A stretch of DNA of 64,000 nt from an uncultured Chloroflexia bacterium (GCA_963766735.1 CAVYBU010000007.1:128001-192000); one strand, 5' to 3'. Shown: positions 19,581 to 28,614, counted from the stretch's first letter. The notes: a model not told the origin generated them from the letters alone. Numbers and translations are program-made.

Positions 19581-20429
19581 TCAGCCCGCCTCCGGGCCAG
19601 GTCCTCGGACCGCCCCGAGATCCCCTACCAGCTCCTGCACACTGAGCACGGGCGGCAGCCCGCGGCGCCGCGGTAGCGCCATGCCCAGCCTGGTGACCTG
19701 GGGAGCGCGGAGGCCCGCCGCCTCGAGCATGTCGGAACCCGCGAACACGGCCCGTGGCGACCCGTCCCCCACGATCCGGCCAGCAGCCATGACCACGATC
19801 CGGTCGGCAACCGATGCCAGCAGCCGCATGTCGTGGGAGATGCAGACGACCGCGGATCCCTCGGCACTCACGTCGCGCACGATGTCCATGACGACCGAAG
19901 CCATACGATCGTCCTGCCCGGTCGTGGGCTCATCGAGGACAAGCACTCGGGGTTCCATGGCGAGGACCGACGCGATCGCCACTTGCCGGCGGCGCGGCGC
20001 CGGCAGCTCGAAAGGCGACGTCCCGAGGACGTCGTCCAGTCCAAGGCGAGCGGTCACTCGAGCGACGCGGGCCTGAACCTCCGCCGCAGCCAGCCCCAGG
20101 TTCCGCGGCCCGAATTCGAGCTCCTCCCTCACTGTCCTGGCGAAGAGCTGGGAACGCGGGTGCTGGAAGACGAGGCCGATAGTCCGCGCGAGCACGCGCA
20201 CCTCGTGTCGACGCGTGTCGAGACCATCGACCGTGACCGACCCCTCTGCCGGTCGCAGGAGTCCGTTGAGAAGCCGCGCCAACGTGGACTTCCCCGCCCC
20301 GTTGTCGCCCGCGATCCCGACCACCTCACCAGCGGCGATCTCGAGTGAGACGCGATCAACTGCGACCACGCCCCCCGGATACCGGAAGCTCGCCTCCCTC
20401 ACGACGACGACCGGCTGGGCGCCTGTCAC
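19581..20429 (-). CDS. ecfA2: ECF transporter ATPase A2
   Basis: GDNGAGKST, VFQHP, LDEPTTGQD, SHD; signature degenerate (LPAPRRRQ). Confidence 0.88.
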   Translation of the reverse strand: MTGAQPVVVVREASFRYPGGVVAVDRVSLEIAAGEVVGIAGDNGAGKSTLARLLNGLLRPAEGSVTVDGLDTRRHEVRVLARTIGLVFQHPRSQLFARTVREELEFGPRNLGLAAAEVQARVARVTARLGLDDVLGTSPFELPAPRRRQVAIASVLAMEPRVLVLDEPTTGQDDRMASVVMDIVRDVSAEGSAVVCISHDMRLLASVADRIVVMAAGRIVGDGSPRAVFAGSDMLEAAGLRAPQVTRLGMALPRRRGLPPVLSVQELVGDLGAVRGPGPEAG

Positions 20430-21310
20430 GAGTGCGCCGTCAGCCAGCGGATCCCGTCCGCGAGCGAGACGGGCAACTGCATGCCGGTGGTGCCGCCGAG
20501 TGCCGCGGCAACCGCCGTCACGTCCGGCACCCGGACCCCGGCGTCACGCATCGCCGGAATGCCGCCGAGCACCGCCGCAGGGGGTCCATTCGCCACCAGC
20601 CTGCCCTCGTGGAGCACGAGGAGCCGATCGGCACGCTCGGCCAGGAGTTCCACGTCGTGCTCGGCCACGATGATCGCGGTTCCGTCTCGAGCCGCCACCT
20701 CCGCGAGCAGGTCGAAGACCGCTTCGCGCGAGCGCGGGGCGAGTCCTGACATCGGGCCATCAAGGACCAGCACCCGAGGACGGACCACCAGCACGCAGGC
20801 CAGCAGGAGTCGCTGCTGCTCGCCGCCCGACAGGCTCAAGGGCGGCCTGTCCTGCATGCCCTCGAGACCGACGCGGGCGAGAACGTCATCGACGCGGACG
20901 ACCATCTCCGCGTGCGGGACGGCCAGCGACTCCAGGCCCAGGGCAACCTCCTCGCCGACCGTCCCCTGACTGAGCTGGGCGGCGGGCTCATCGAGCACGA
21001 TGCCGACCTGCGAGAGCATCCGGCGGACCGGCGTGCGCACGGCATCCATGCCGCAGACGGTCACGGACCCGGAGACCTCGGCATGCACCAGCTGCGGGAC
21101 GATTCCGTTCAGGCACCGGCACAGCGTCGACTTGCCGGCTCCGTCCATGCCGAGCAGGCCGACGAGCTCACCTCGGCCGAGGTCGAAGCTCACATCCTCG
21201 AGGGCATCCGCCGCGGCCATCGGGTACCGCACGCGGAGACCGCGCACGGAGAGGACGGGCGGGTCCGGACCCTCGCTGCGGGTCGGCCCGGTATCCCGAT
21301 CGGTGATCAC
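20426..21310 (-). CDS. ecfA1: ECF transporter ATPase A1
   Basis: GMDGAGKST, LSGGEQQR; Walker B reads VLVLDGP. Confidence 0.88.
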   Translation of the reverse strand: MITDRDTGPTRSEGPDPPVLSVRGLRVRYPMAAADALEDVSFDLGRGELVGLLGMDGAGKSTLCRCLNGIVPQLVHAEVSGSVTVCGMDAVRTPVRRMLSQVGIVLDEPAAQLSQGTVGEEVALGLESLAVPHAEMVVRVDDVLARVGLEGMQDRPPLSLSGGEQQRLLLACVLVVRPRVLVLDGPMSGLAPRSREAVFDLLAEVAARDGTAIIVAEHDVELLAERADRLLVLHEGRLVANGPPAAVLGGIPAMRDAGVRVPDVTAVAAALGGTTGMQLPVSLADGIRWLTAHS

Positions 21311-21318
21311 GGCCTCCC

Positions 21319-22011
21319 TCAGGCAGGTGGCTGGATGAGAACCACCGCGATCGCCAGCCCCACGCCAACCAGGATCCCCACCAGGGCCGCCGCCAGGCGA
21401 CGGTTGCCGAGCTGCTCCGGGAGAACTGCCCGCGCGGCCACCGCCGCCGGCAGGGCCGCCGTCATGGCCAGGCCGACATACGCGGAGATGACCTTGTCGG
21501 GGATCGAGGTCATGACGCTGGACACCATCGTCGCCCGCTCCAGCCCGAAGCTCGAGAGGGCCGCGGTGATGAGGTCAGACGGGTGACCGGTGGCTCCCCC
21601 GTACACGAACAGCACGATCGGCGTTGCCAGCACCCCCGTCACGACGCCGACGAACGCGGCCAGCAGGAAGAAGCTGATGCTGTTGCGACCGAGACCCAAC
21701 GACCGGATGCCATAGCCCCAGATGAGCGCAGCCGCGACGTTGACCGGGGCGAACAGCAGGTTCGATGGTCCATTGACCGTGACGCCGACCGCGTTCGTGA
21801 GCACGCCTGCCAGGGCACCCCACCAGGGGCCGAGCAGGACGGCCGCGAGGAACGTGCCGATCGTGTCGAGGTAGATCGGCACGCGAAGCACTCCCGCCAC
21901 CCAGCTCGCCGCGAAGTTGATCGCAACGGCGAGCGGCACCAGGGCGATGATCAGCGAGGTAGCCGGGGCGCGTCGTCCCGCAGCATCAGCCCTCACCACC
22001 ATCTCGCGCAC
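21319..22011 (-). CDS. ECF transporter substrate-binding S component
   Basis: AVAIN...LRVPIYLDTIGT...LLGPWWGALAG, DKVIS; heads an S-A-A-T operon; start 22011 (GTG) or 22002 (ATG). Confidence 0.85.
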   Translation of the reverse strand: MREMVVRADAAGRRAPATSLIIALVPLAVAINFAASWVAGVLRVPIYLDTIGTFLAAVLLGPWWGALAGVLTNAVGVTVNGPSNLLFAPVNVAAALIWGYGIRSLGLGRNSISFFLLAAFVGVVTGVLATPIVLFVYGGATGHPSDLITAALSSFGLERATMVSSVMTSIPDKVISAYVGLAMTAALPAAVAARAVLPEQLGNRRLAAALVGILVGVGLAIAVVLIQPPA

Positions 22012-22187
22012 CCACCTCCGTGTCCGACGGCCGTCGACCGTACCCGAGACACTCTACGGGACGGCCGACACAGCCGCGCGACGGCAGACCTGCGCGGCCC
22101 CAGGTTGTGGTCCGGTGCACCGTGCGCCGCCGTTGGCTACGCTACGTGACCGGAAGCCGACCCCCGCGACCTCTCGGGAGATTCGTC

Positions 22188-23261
22188 ATGAACAAGCGCT
22201 GCGTCCTCCTCGTCGGTACCCCCAAGGGAGCCTTCCTGCTCGAGGCTGACGCCACCCGTCGTGACTGGCGCCTCCGGGGGCCCTTGTGCGAGGGCTGGCC
22301 GATCCACGACATCTCCGTGGAGCCGGACACCAACGCGCTCCTTGCGGGTGGCGGCAGCCCGTGGTGGGGCGCCGCCGTCTGGCGCAGCGAGGACCTGGGC
22401 GCAACCTGGACCCACTCCAGCGAGGGCATCACCTACGGGGACGATGGGCCCAAGGTCACCACGGTCTGGAACGTCACCGCGGCCCACGACGTGGTCTACG
22501 CGGGAGTCGAGCCGGCAGGACTGTTCCGGAGCGCCGACAAGGGGCGGACCTGGTCCCACGTCGAGGGGCTCACCGCCCACCCGTCACGGGCGGAGTGGCA
22601 GGCCGGCGCGGGAGGCCTGATCCTCCACACGATCGTCCCGCACCCGACCGACCCCCAGCGGATGTGGGTGGGGATCTCGGCCGCGGGCGTGTTCGAGACG
22701 CAGGACGGCGGCACAACCTGGCAGACGCGCAACCGGGGTGTGCGCGCCGACTTCCACCCTGAGAAGTACCCGGAGTTCGGCCAGTGCGTGCACAAGCTGG
22801 TTCTCGCCTCGGGCGGGTCCGAGAGCCTGTACCAGCAGAACCATTGCGGCGTCTACCGCACCGGTGATGGAGGCCGCTCATGGGTCGAGATCACCGAAGG
22901 ACTGCCCTCACAGTTCGGGTTCGCCATGGCCGCCCACCCGCGCGACCCACAGACCGCCTGGACGATCCCGCTGACCGAGCCCGAGGCAGGCCGGCTGATG
23001 CCCGGCGGCAGCGCCGCGGTCTGGAGGACTCACGACGCGGGTGCAACCTGGATCCGTGCGGGAGACGGCCTGCCGCAGGCGGACGCCCACGTTGGGGTGC
23101 TGCGCGAGGCGATGGCTGTGGACCGGCTCGACCCGGTGGGAGTCTACTTCGGCACCAGCACCGGACAGGTCTACGCCAGCGCCGACGAGGGCCGATCGTG
23201 GTCCAGGATTGCCGACAACCTGCCTGCGATCTGGTCAGTTGAGGCCCTGGTTCTTGGCTGA
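22188..23261 (+). CDS. BNR/Asp-box repeat beta-propeller (sialidase-like)
   Basis: LVGTPKG; repeats RSEDLGATW, RSADKGRTW, ETQDGGTTW, RTGDGGRSW, RTHDAGATW, ASADEGRSW; GQCVHK, QQNHCG. Confidence 0.88.
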   Translation: MNKRCVLLVGTPKGAFLLEADATRRDWRLRGPLCEGWPIHDISVEPDTNALLAGGGSPWWGAAVWRSEDLGATWTHSSEGITYGDDGPKVTTVWNVTAAHDVVYAGVEPAGLFRSADKGRTWSHVEGLTAHPSRAEWQAGAGGLILHTIVPHPTDPQRMWVGISAAGVFETQDGGTTWQTRNRGVRADFHPEKYPEFGQCVHKLVLASGGSESLYQQNHCGVYRTGDGGRSWVEITEGLPSQFGFAMAAHPRDPQTAWTIPLTEPEAGRLMPGGSAAVWRTHDAGATWIRAGDGLPQADAHVGVLREAMAVDRLDPVGVYFGTSTGQVYASADEGRSWSRIADNLPAIWSVEALVLG

Positions 23262-23538
23262 CCAGGGCAACCGGCTGACCGTCGTTCACCTGCCTCGATC
23301 CCTGGTCGCCCTGTTCCCGGACTGCCCGCGGCAGATCCAGGCCACGGGGGCGACGCTCGAGGATGTGATCCGCGATATCGACCGGCAGGTTCCCGGGCTC
23401 GCAAACCGCATCCTCGATGCCGGGCCAAGCCTCCGCCGCCACCTGAACGTCTACGTGGCGGGCGAACGGGCCTCGCTCCAGACGCCCGTGCCCGCGGGCG
23501 CGGGCATCCATGTCATCCCCGCGGTGTCGGGCGGCTGA
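23254..23538 (+). CDS. MoaD/ThiS-family ubiquitin-like protein
   Basis: LRRHLNVYV...IPAVSGG C-terminal diglycine; TTG start overlapping the upstream gene. Confidence 0.85.
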   Translation: MADQGNRLTVVHLPRSLVALFPDCPRQIQATGATLEDVIRDIDRQVPGLANRILDAGPSLRRHLNVYVAGERASLQTPVPAGAGIHVIPAVSGG

Positions 23539-23592
23539 TCGGGCACCGCCCGCTCGGCAGGTGCCTGGCGGGTCCGCCCGGCAATGGCGGCG

Positions 23593-24285
23593 TCAGCGGG
23601 ATCCCCGTCCGCGGTCACCTGAGAGCAGGCCGGCAGCCGCGTCCACCGACGCACGCTGGGCGTCGGTCTGGAGATGGCCGCGGTCGTGGCTCGAGGCGTG
23701 GGCGTAGCCCTCCAGGAGGTCGCGGAGATCGCGGATCCGTTCCAGCTGGCGCGTCTCGATGTCGCCCCATTCGCCCGTGACCGGGCGGCACGCGAGCAGG
23801 CCCAGGAGGTGTTCGAGGCAGAACGGGGCGCCCGAGACCGCAGCCGCCCAGTCCGGGTCCGCCACCAGCCGTGCAAGGCCGTCCAGAAGGCCGGCCCTGA
23901 ACTTCGCCAGCCGGACGCAGGCGGGACAGGCCGGGGGCCTGATCGCCTCCGCCAGGCGCTTCGTCCGATTCCAGCCACGGGCGACATGGACTGCGTCGAG
24001 GTCACGCAACCTCGTCAACAGGGTCGCCCTCAGCAGGATCGCCGCCCCCAGGCTTCCCGACAGGCGCCGGTCGGCATCCAGCACGGCCTGCGAGTGCCGG
24101 CCGCAGAAGCCCCGTGCCGCGTCCAGGTTCCCACGGAACCCGACGTCGTTCACGCTTTCCGAGAGGATCGAATCCAGGTAGGCGGCCTCTGTCCGGTCCA
24201 GCTCCCGGCAGACCGGACAGCCCGGGGCCTCGAAGGCGTCGGCGAGGTGGATGTCGGCGGTGGAGCGCGCGTGGGGTCGGGCCAT
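23593..24285 (-). CDS. DUF6062-like Cys/His-rich protein
   Basis: CPVC...VND...GFC..H and CPAC...FC..H duplicated motifs; GGAGGT RBS. Confidence 0.75.
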   Translation of the reverse strand: MARPHARSTADIHLADAFEAPGCPVCRELDRTEAAYLDSILSESVNDVGFRGNLDAARGFCGRHSQAVLDADRRLSGSLGAAILLRATLLTRLRDLDAVHVARGWNRTKRLAEAIRPPACPACVRLAKFRAGLLDGLARLVADPDWAAAVSGAPFCLEHLLGLLACRPVTGEWGDIETRQLERIRDLRDLLEGYAHASSHDRGHLQTDAQRASVDAAAGLLSGDRGRGSR

Positions 24286-24410
24286 ACCTCCATGGTCGCC
24301 GGTTCCGCGATCGGCTGCCGGACGACCGCGACCTGGCGGGTGGAGCGGAACAGGAATCCCGCGCCGGAGGGGCGTGCGGAAGTGGCTGCGGCAGGGGTTG
24401 CGGCGGGGTT

Positions 24411-24416
24411 CATAAT
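24411..24416 (+). promoter_or_regulatory. Putative -10 element for the structured RNA
   Basis: CATAAT, an AT-rich island in very GC-rich DNA, directly before the folded region. Confidence 0.5.
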
Positions 24417-24422
24417 GGAGCC

Positions 24423-24765
24423 CTCTCGTCCTTCCCCCGCGGAGGGCGTCCCGGAAGGTAGCCGGTGTTGGCGATGCGAACGGCCAGTAGGCTCGGCTTG
24501 CGACGACGCGAAGGGTCGCGTCGGCTTACCGCGAGCGAAGACGCATCGCGCGGTGCCTCGAACCCGGTGACACGTCCCCGTGCGGGCAACCTCTCGGATG
24601 AAACTCGCGCCGGCAGTTCCGGGCGGTCGGGGGCATGAGCCCGACCGCCGCGAACCGAGGCCGGTCGTTCGCCCGGCCTCGTCAGGAATGACAGCCGGGC
24701 CGTCGTCCGAGGGGGCGACGGCCCTCGCACACCCGCGGCAACACCGGGGTCAGGAGATCCCCGGA
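24423..24765 (+). ncRNA. Candidate large structured non-coding RNA of unknown family
   Basis: 9-bp closing helix 24462-24470/24739-24747 enclosing five further perfect 8-10 bp helices and GNRA-capped hairpins; no credible CDS; strand inferred from the -10 box and GNRA loops. Confidence 0.6.
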
Positions 24766-24799
24766 GACCAGCGGACCAGGCGCTAGACTCGGTCTGGCC

Positions 24800-25666
24800 A
24801 TGACCGTTGAACCCGGATCCAACGATACGCATGACGTGCGCCCGGCCACACCCGCCGAGGCAGCCGACGTGCGGGGTATGCACGAGGCGAACCGGACGGC
24901 CTGGAACGAGGCCGCGGAACGGTATGAGGGCTGGTTCGATGAGTCGGTCGCGCAGATCCGCAGCGGCGGCTCGAACCTCTTTCCGGTTGAGCACGCGCTG
25001 ATCGGCGACCTGCGCGGGCAATGCCAGCGGGCCATCCACCTCCAGTGTGCCGGGGGCCGCGACACGCTCTCACTGTGGAACCTTGGCGCGGACGAGGTGG
25101 TAGGCGTTGACTTCAGCCCCCGGATGCTGGACCTCGCCCGCCGGCTAGCCGAGGCGACCGGCGCGCCCGCCCACTGGGTCGAGGCGGACGTGCTCGACGT
25201 CCCGCACGAGCTGGACGGGACCGCGGACCTGCTGTACACCGGTCGCGGATCGCTGATCTGGCTCCAGGACCTCGACGCATGGGCCGGGGTGCTGCGCCGG
25301 CTCCTGGCCCCCCACGGCCGCCTCGTGATCTTCGAGGGCCATCCAGCCGAGTGGCTGTTCGACGCCGACGAGAACGGCAGCTGGATGCTCACCGACTACG
25401 ACTACTTCGGCGGGCCGGAGGCCTCGCGCGGCTGGGCTCCCGCGTACATCGACAGGCTCTCGATCCCCGACGAGGCGCAGCACTGGAAGTTCGCCCGGGC
25501 GTGGACGCTGGGCGAGGTCGTCACGGCGCTCCTGCGTTCGGGTCTCCAGATCAGCGAGGTGGCAGAGCACCCGGTCGACTGGTGGGCCGGCCACCGCGAC
25601 GTGCGCCCCGAGCTGCGGGGGCGGGTCCCGCTCTCCTTCTCCGTGACGGCGACGCGCGGCGCCTGA
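24800..25666 (+). CDS. Class I SAM-dependent methyltransferase
   Basis: ANRTAWNE, IHLQCAGGRDTLS, GVDFS, WLQDLDAW, EGHP; TAGACT -10 at 24784-24789. Confidence 0.9.
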   Translation: MTVEPGSNDTHDVRPATPAEAADVRGMHEANRTAWNEAAERYEGWFDESVAQIRSGGSNLFPVEHALIGDLRGQCQRAIHLQCAGGRDTLSLWNLGADEVVGVDFSPRMLDLARRLAEATGAPAHWVEADVLDVPHELDGTADLLYTGRGSLIWLQDLDAWAGVLRRLLAPHGRLVIFEGHPAEWLFDADENGSWMLTDYDYFGGPEASRGWAPAYIDRLSIPDEAQHWKFARAWTLGEVVTALLRSGLQISEVAEHPVDWWAGHRDVRPELRGRVPLSFSVTATRGA

Positions 25667-25768
25667 CCCAGCGCGGCGTCCCTCAGCCAGCGCTCGCCCC
25701 ACGCCTGGATGCGATGGCGCCCGAGGCAGGGCGTTGACGCCGGCCGCCGCACGCGCGAGGATCAGCCC

Positions 25769-25981
25769 GTGGACGAGACCGGCCCGCCCGAAGACGACGA
25801 CCCGCTGGAGTTTCTCGACGCGCGCGAGGCCGCTCGGGACCGTCGGCGCGACCACGACCTGCACGCAGAGGGGCGCGACCTGATGCGCCCGGGTACGAGC
25901 AAGGTGTTCAAGCAGATCCTGGACCACCAGGCCCGAGAGGCCAACGAGCCTCGTCACAGGGGACGTCGCCCGCGGAGTTGA
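25769..25981 (+). CDS. Small hypothetical protein
   Basis: 70-aa ORF with GC3-biased codons; GAGGA upstream of GTG. Confidence 0.55.
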   Translation: MDETGPPEDDDPLEFLDAREAARDRRRDHDLHAEGRDLMRPGTSKVFKQILDHQAREANEPRHRGRRPRS

Positions 25982-26051
25982 CGACGTGCACTGCGCCGGA
26001 TCCCGAGCGTCGGAACACGGATCAGGCAGGGACGCGTCGCCCCAGCCCTGT

Positions 26052-26393
26052 TCAGCGGGATCCGATGCCGAGGAACCCCCCGCCTTCGTCGCGCAGCATC
26101 CGCCGCACCGCCAGGACGGAACCCGGGTCGATCGGGCCGTAGACGTGCGGATACCGCCGACCCGGATCGTCGAACCGCCACGGGCTGCCCGTTCGCTCGA
26201 GATCCAGGGTCAGCAGCAGGAACGAACGCGGGTCGTCACGGTAGAACCGGTTGGCGACCGCGATCATCTCGTCGTCGCCGTCCGTGCAGTGGACGAATCC
26301 ATCCTCCCGGTAGGCGGCAGGGAGGTACCCCAACATCGGGTCGTGCTCCTCCCAGACCGCCTCCGGTACGAGGTGCAGGGTTGGCCTGGTCAC
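26052..26393 (-). CDS. DUF952 family protein
   Basis: LHLVP...W, DGFVHC, ANRFY, YPHVYGPID; GTG overlaps the upstream stop. Confidence 0.88.
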   Translation of the reverse strand: MTRPTLHLVPEAVWEEHDPMLGYLPAAYREDGFVHCTDGDDEMIAVANRFYRDDPRSFLLLTLDLERTGSPWRFDDPGRRYPHVYGPIDPGSVLAVRRMLRDEGGGFLGIGSR

Positions 26394-28528
26394 GCGGGTT
26401 CGACCGTCGGCGGCTGGTCCAGGCCCACCCACCGTCGGTCAAGCGCCAACTGGATGACCGTGGGACCGGACGCCGCCATGGCCGTCCGCAGCGCGGGTTC
26501 GAACGCAGCGTCCGTCTCCACGCGGACGCCTCGTGCGCCGCAGGCACGGGCGGCGGCGGCAAAGTCCACGGGACCGAGATCCGTCCCGGGCGCCGTGGGG
26601 CTGCCGGCCAGGTCCTGGTGGGTGCGGATCTCCCCGTAGCGCTCGTTGTCGAAGACGATCGCCACGACGTGGGCGCTTTCGCGGACCGCGGTTTCGACCT
26701 CCGCCAGGGTCATGCCCATGCCGCCATCGCCCATGAGCGCCACCACCCGACGCTCGCGATGCACGAGCGCCGCCGCCAGCGCGGCGGGGAACGCGTATCC
26801 CATGGCGCCCGAGGTTGGCCCCAGGAACGTGCCGGGCCTCCGGAACCGGAACCCCCTGGCCGCCCAGGCGGCGAACGCACCGGCGTCGGTGGTCAGGATC
26901 GCGTCCTCGGGAAGGAGTCGCTGGAGGTCGGCGATGATCTGCCCTGGATGGACGCCGGGTCCCGACCACGGGTCTGCATCCACGACGGTGGACGCCTCCC
27001 AGGCCTCGCGATCCTCGGCGTTGTTGCGGTCTCTCGCGGCCAGCGGCTCTGCGGCAAGGACGCCGTCCTTGAGCCGGGCCACGGCGGCACGGAGGAACGA
27101 GCGGGCATCTGCCCGGATCGCCAGGACGGGATCGGATGTCACTCCCAGGGCCCCGGCCCGGGGCTCCAGGTCCACATGCATCCACGGCTGGCCCGCCGTC
27201 GGAATGGCGTACTCGTAGCTCGTCGGTTCGCTGAGTCGCGCGCCGAGCACGAGGATGGCGTCCGCGGCCTCCAGGCGGGTGCGAACCGTGTCAGGGCTGC
27301 CGTAGCCGGTCATGCCCAGGTACAGGGAATGGTCGTTGGGAATCACGTCCCCTCGCCGCCAGCTCGCGACGACCGGCACGTGGAGGAGCTCGGCGAAGCG
27401 GACGAGATCGTTGGAGCAGCGCGCCCGAAGAACGCCTGCCCCGGCGATGATGACCGGCCGCTCGGCCGCCGCCAGGAAGTGAAGGACCGCGCGGATGTCG
27501 GACGCGGACGGTGCCTCGGGGTGGGAGCGGATGATCGGGACGCGCGTTCCCTCCGGGATCGGCAGCGACAGGACGTCCTCGGGCAGGGCGAGGAGGGCGG
27601 GCCCGGGGCGCCCCTCCAGCACGGCTCGCACAGCGTCCTCGAGGACTGTCGCAGCGGACTCCGGATCGTCGATCTCACCGGCCCACTTCGCGAGGCTGCC
27701 GATGGTGTTGACGAGATCCGCCTCCTGGAATGCCTCCCGACCACGAAGCCGGCCCTCCACCTGGCCCACCAGGGCGAACATGGGCGAGGAATCCGCCATG
27801 GCGGTATGGATGCCGATCGCGAGGTTGGCAGCCCCGACGATGCGCGTTCCCAGACAGGCTGCCGGCCGACCGGTCAGCTGGCCGTAGGCCTCCGCGGCAA
27901 AGGCCGCAGCCCCCTCGTGGCGGGTCGCGACGATCCGGATGCCGGCGGCCTCGAGGGCATCGAGCACCGGAAGGAAGCTCTCGCCGGGAACGGTGAACGC
28001 GAGGCGCACGCCGGCCCCGCGCAGCGTGGCTGCGATCAGTTCTGCGACGGTGCGTGGCGCAGCTGGCTCCGGCTCCGGGCTGGGCTCGGGCTCAGGCTCG
28101 ACCACCTGCGCGACGGCCTCGGGCTCGGCCTCCGCTGGTTTGGGCTCGACCGGCTCGGGCTCGACAGCCTCCTGCGGCTCGACCTGCTGGGACTCAGGCT
28201 CCGTGGCTTCGTTCGGCTCGACAGCCTCCTGCGGCTCGACCTGCTGGGACTCAGGCTCCGTGGCTTCGTTCGGCTCGGTCAGCTGCGCGTCCGGCCGTGG
28301 CTCGGTGGCGGGCAGTTCGGGTTCGGCCGCTGGCAGCTCGGGTTCGGCGGCGGGCAGCTCGGGTTCGGCGGCGGGCACGACGGCTTCCTGCAGCTCGACG
28401 GCCTCCTCGGGCTTGCCCTGCTCAGGCTCGGCCGCGGCAGCCTCGGCCGCTTCGATGGGCTGCTGCCCTGCATCCGCAGCGTCGGGGACGTCCTGAGCAA
28501 CGGGCTCCTGGTCCGGGTGGGGGTGCAT
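26390..28528 (-). CDS. Thiamine pyrophosphate-binding enzyme (acetolactate synthase-like) with long acidic N-terminal extension
   Basis: FTVPGESFL, RHEGAAAF, FQEAD, SGAMGY, GDGG...NERYG TPP motif. Confidence 0.88.
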   Translation of the reverse strand: MHPHPDQEPVAQDVPDAADAGQQPIEAAEAAAAEPEQGKPEEAVELQEAVVPAAEPELPAAEPELPAAEPELPATEPRPDAQLTEPNEATEPESQQVEPQEAVEPNEATEPESQQVEPQEAVEPEPVEPKPAEAEPEAVAQVVEPEPEPSPEPEPAAPRTVAELIAATLRGAGVRLAFTVPGESFLPVLDALEAAGIRIVATRHEGAAAFAAEAYGQLTGRPAACLGTRIVGAANLAIGIHTAMADSSPMFALVGQVEGRLRGREAFQEADLVNTIGSLAKWAGEIDDPESAATVLEDAVRAVLEGRPGPALLALPEDVLSLPIPEGTRVPIIRSHPEAPSASDIRAVLHFLAAAERPVIIAGAGVLRARCSNDLVRFAELLHVPVVASWRRGDVIPNDHSLYLGMTGYGSPDTVRTRLEAADAILVLGARLSEPTSYEYAIPTAGQPWMHVDLEPRAGALGVTSDPVLAIRADARSFLRAAVARLKDGVLAAEPLAARDRNNAEDREAWEASTVVDADPWSGPGVHPGQIIADLQRLLPEDAILTTDAGAFAAWAARGFRFRRPGTFLGPTSGAMGYAFPAALAAALVHRERRVVALMGDGGMGMTLAEVETAVRESAHVVAIVFDNERYGEIRTHQDLAGSPTAPGTDLGPVDFAAAARACGARGVRVETDAAFEPALRTAMAASGPTVIQLALDRRWVGLDQPPTVEPA
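28158..28271. repeat. Perfect 57-bp tandem duplication (2 copies) in the ALS-like N-terminus
   Basis: 28158-28214 equals 28215-28271; encodes EPNEATEPESQQVEPQEAV; adjacent 21-bp PAAEPEL repeats at ~28300-28376. Confidence 0.9.
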
Positions 28529-28614
28529 CGCGGCCTCCTGTGGCCGGCTCGGGCGGCGGTCCGCCCGGGGCCGGGGCGTGCGGGACTGGTGGACCTCGGG
28601 GTGTGCGACCTGAC

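Noticed and set aside
24451-24490. CCGGAAGGTAGC resembling SRP helix 8, and GCGATG...AGTAG resembling a T-box 5' end
   Set aside because: The SRP CAGG partner strand and the T-box GGTGGNACC sequence are absent.
24410-25039. ORFs overlapping the candidate ncRNA (24410-25039 minus, 24580-24786 plus)
   Set aside because: Arg/Pro/Gly-rich shadow translations with no motif, RBS or codon bias.
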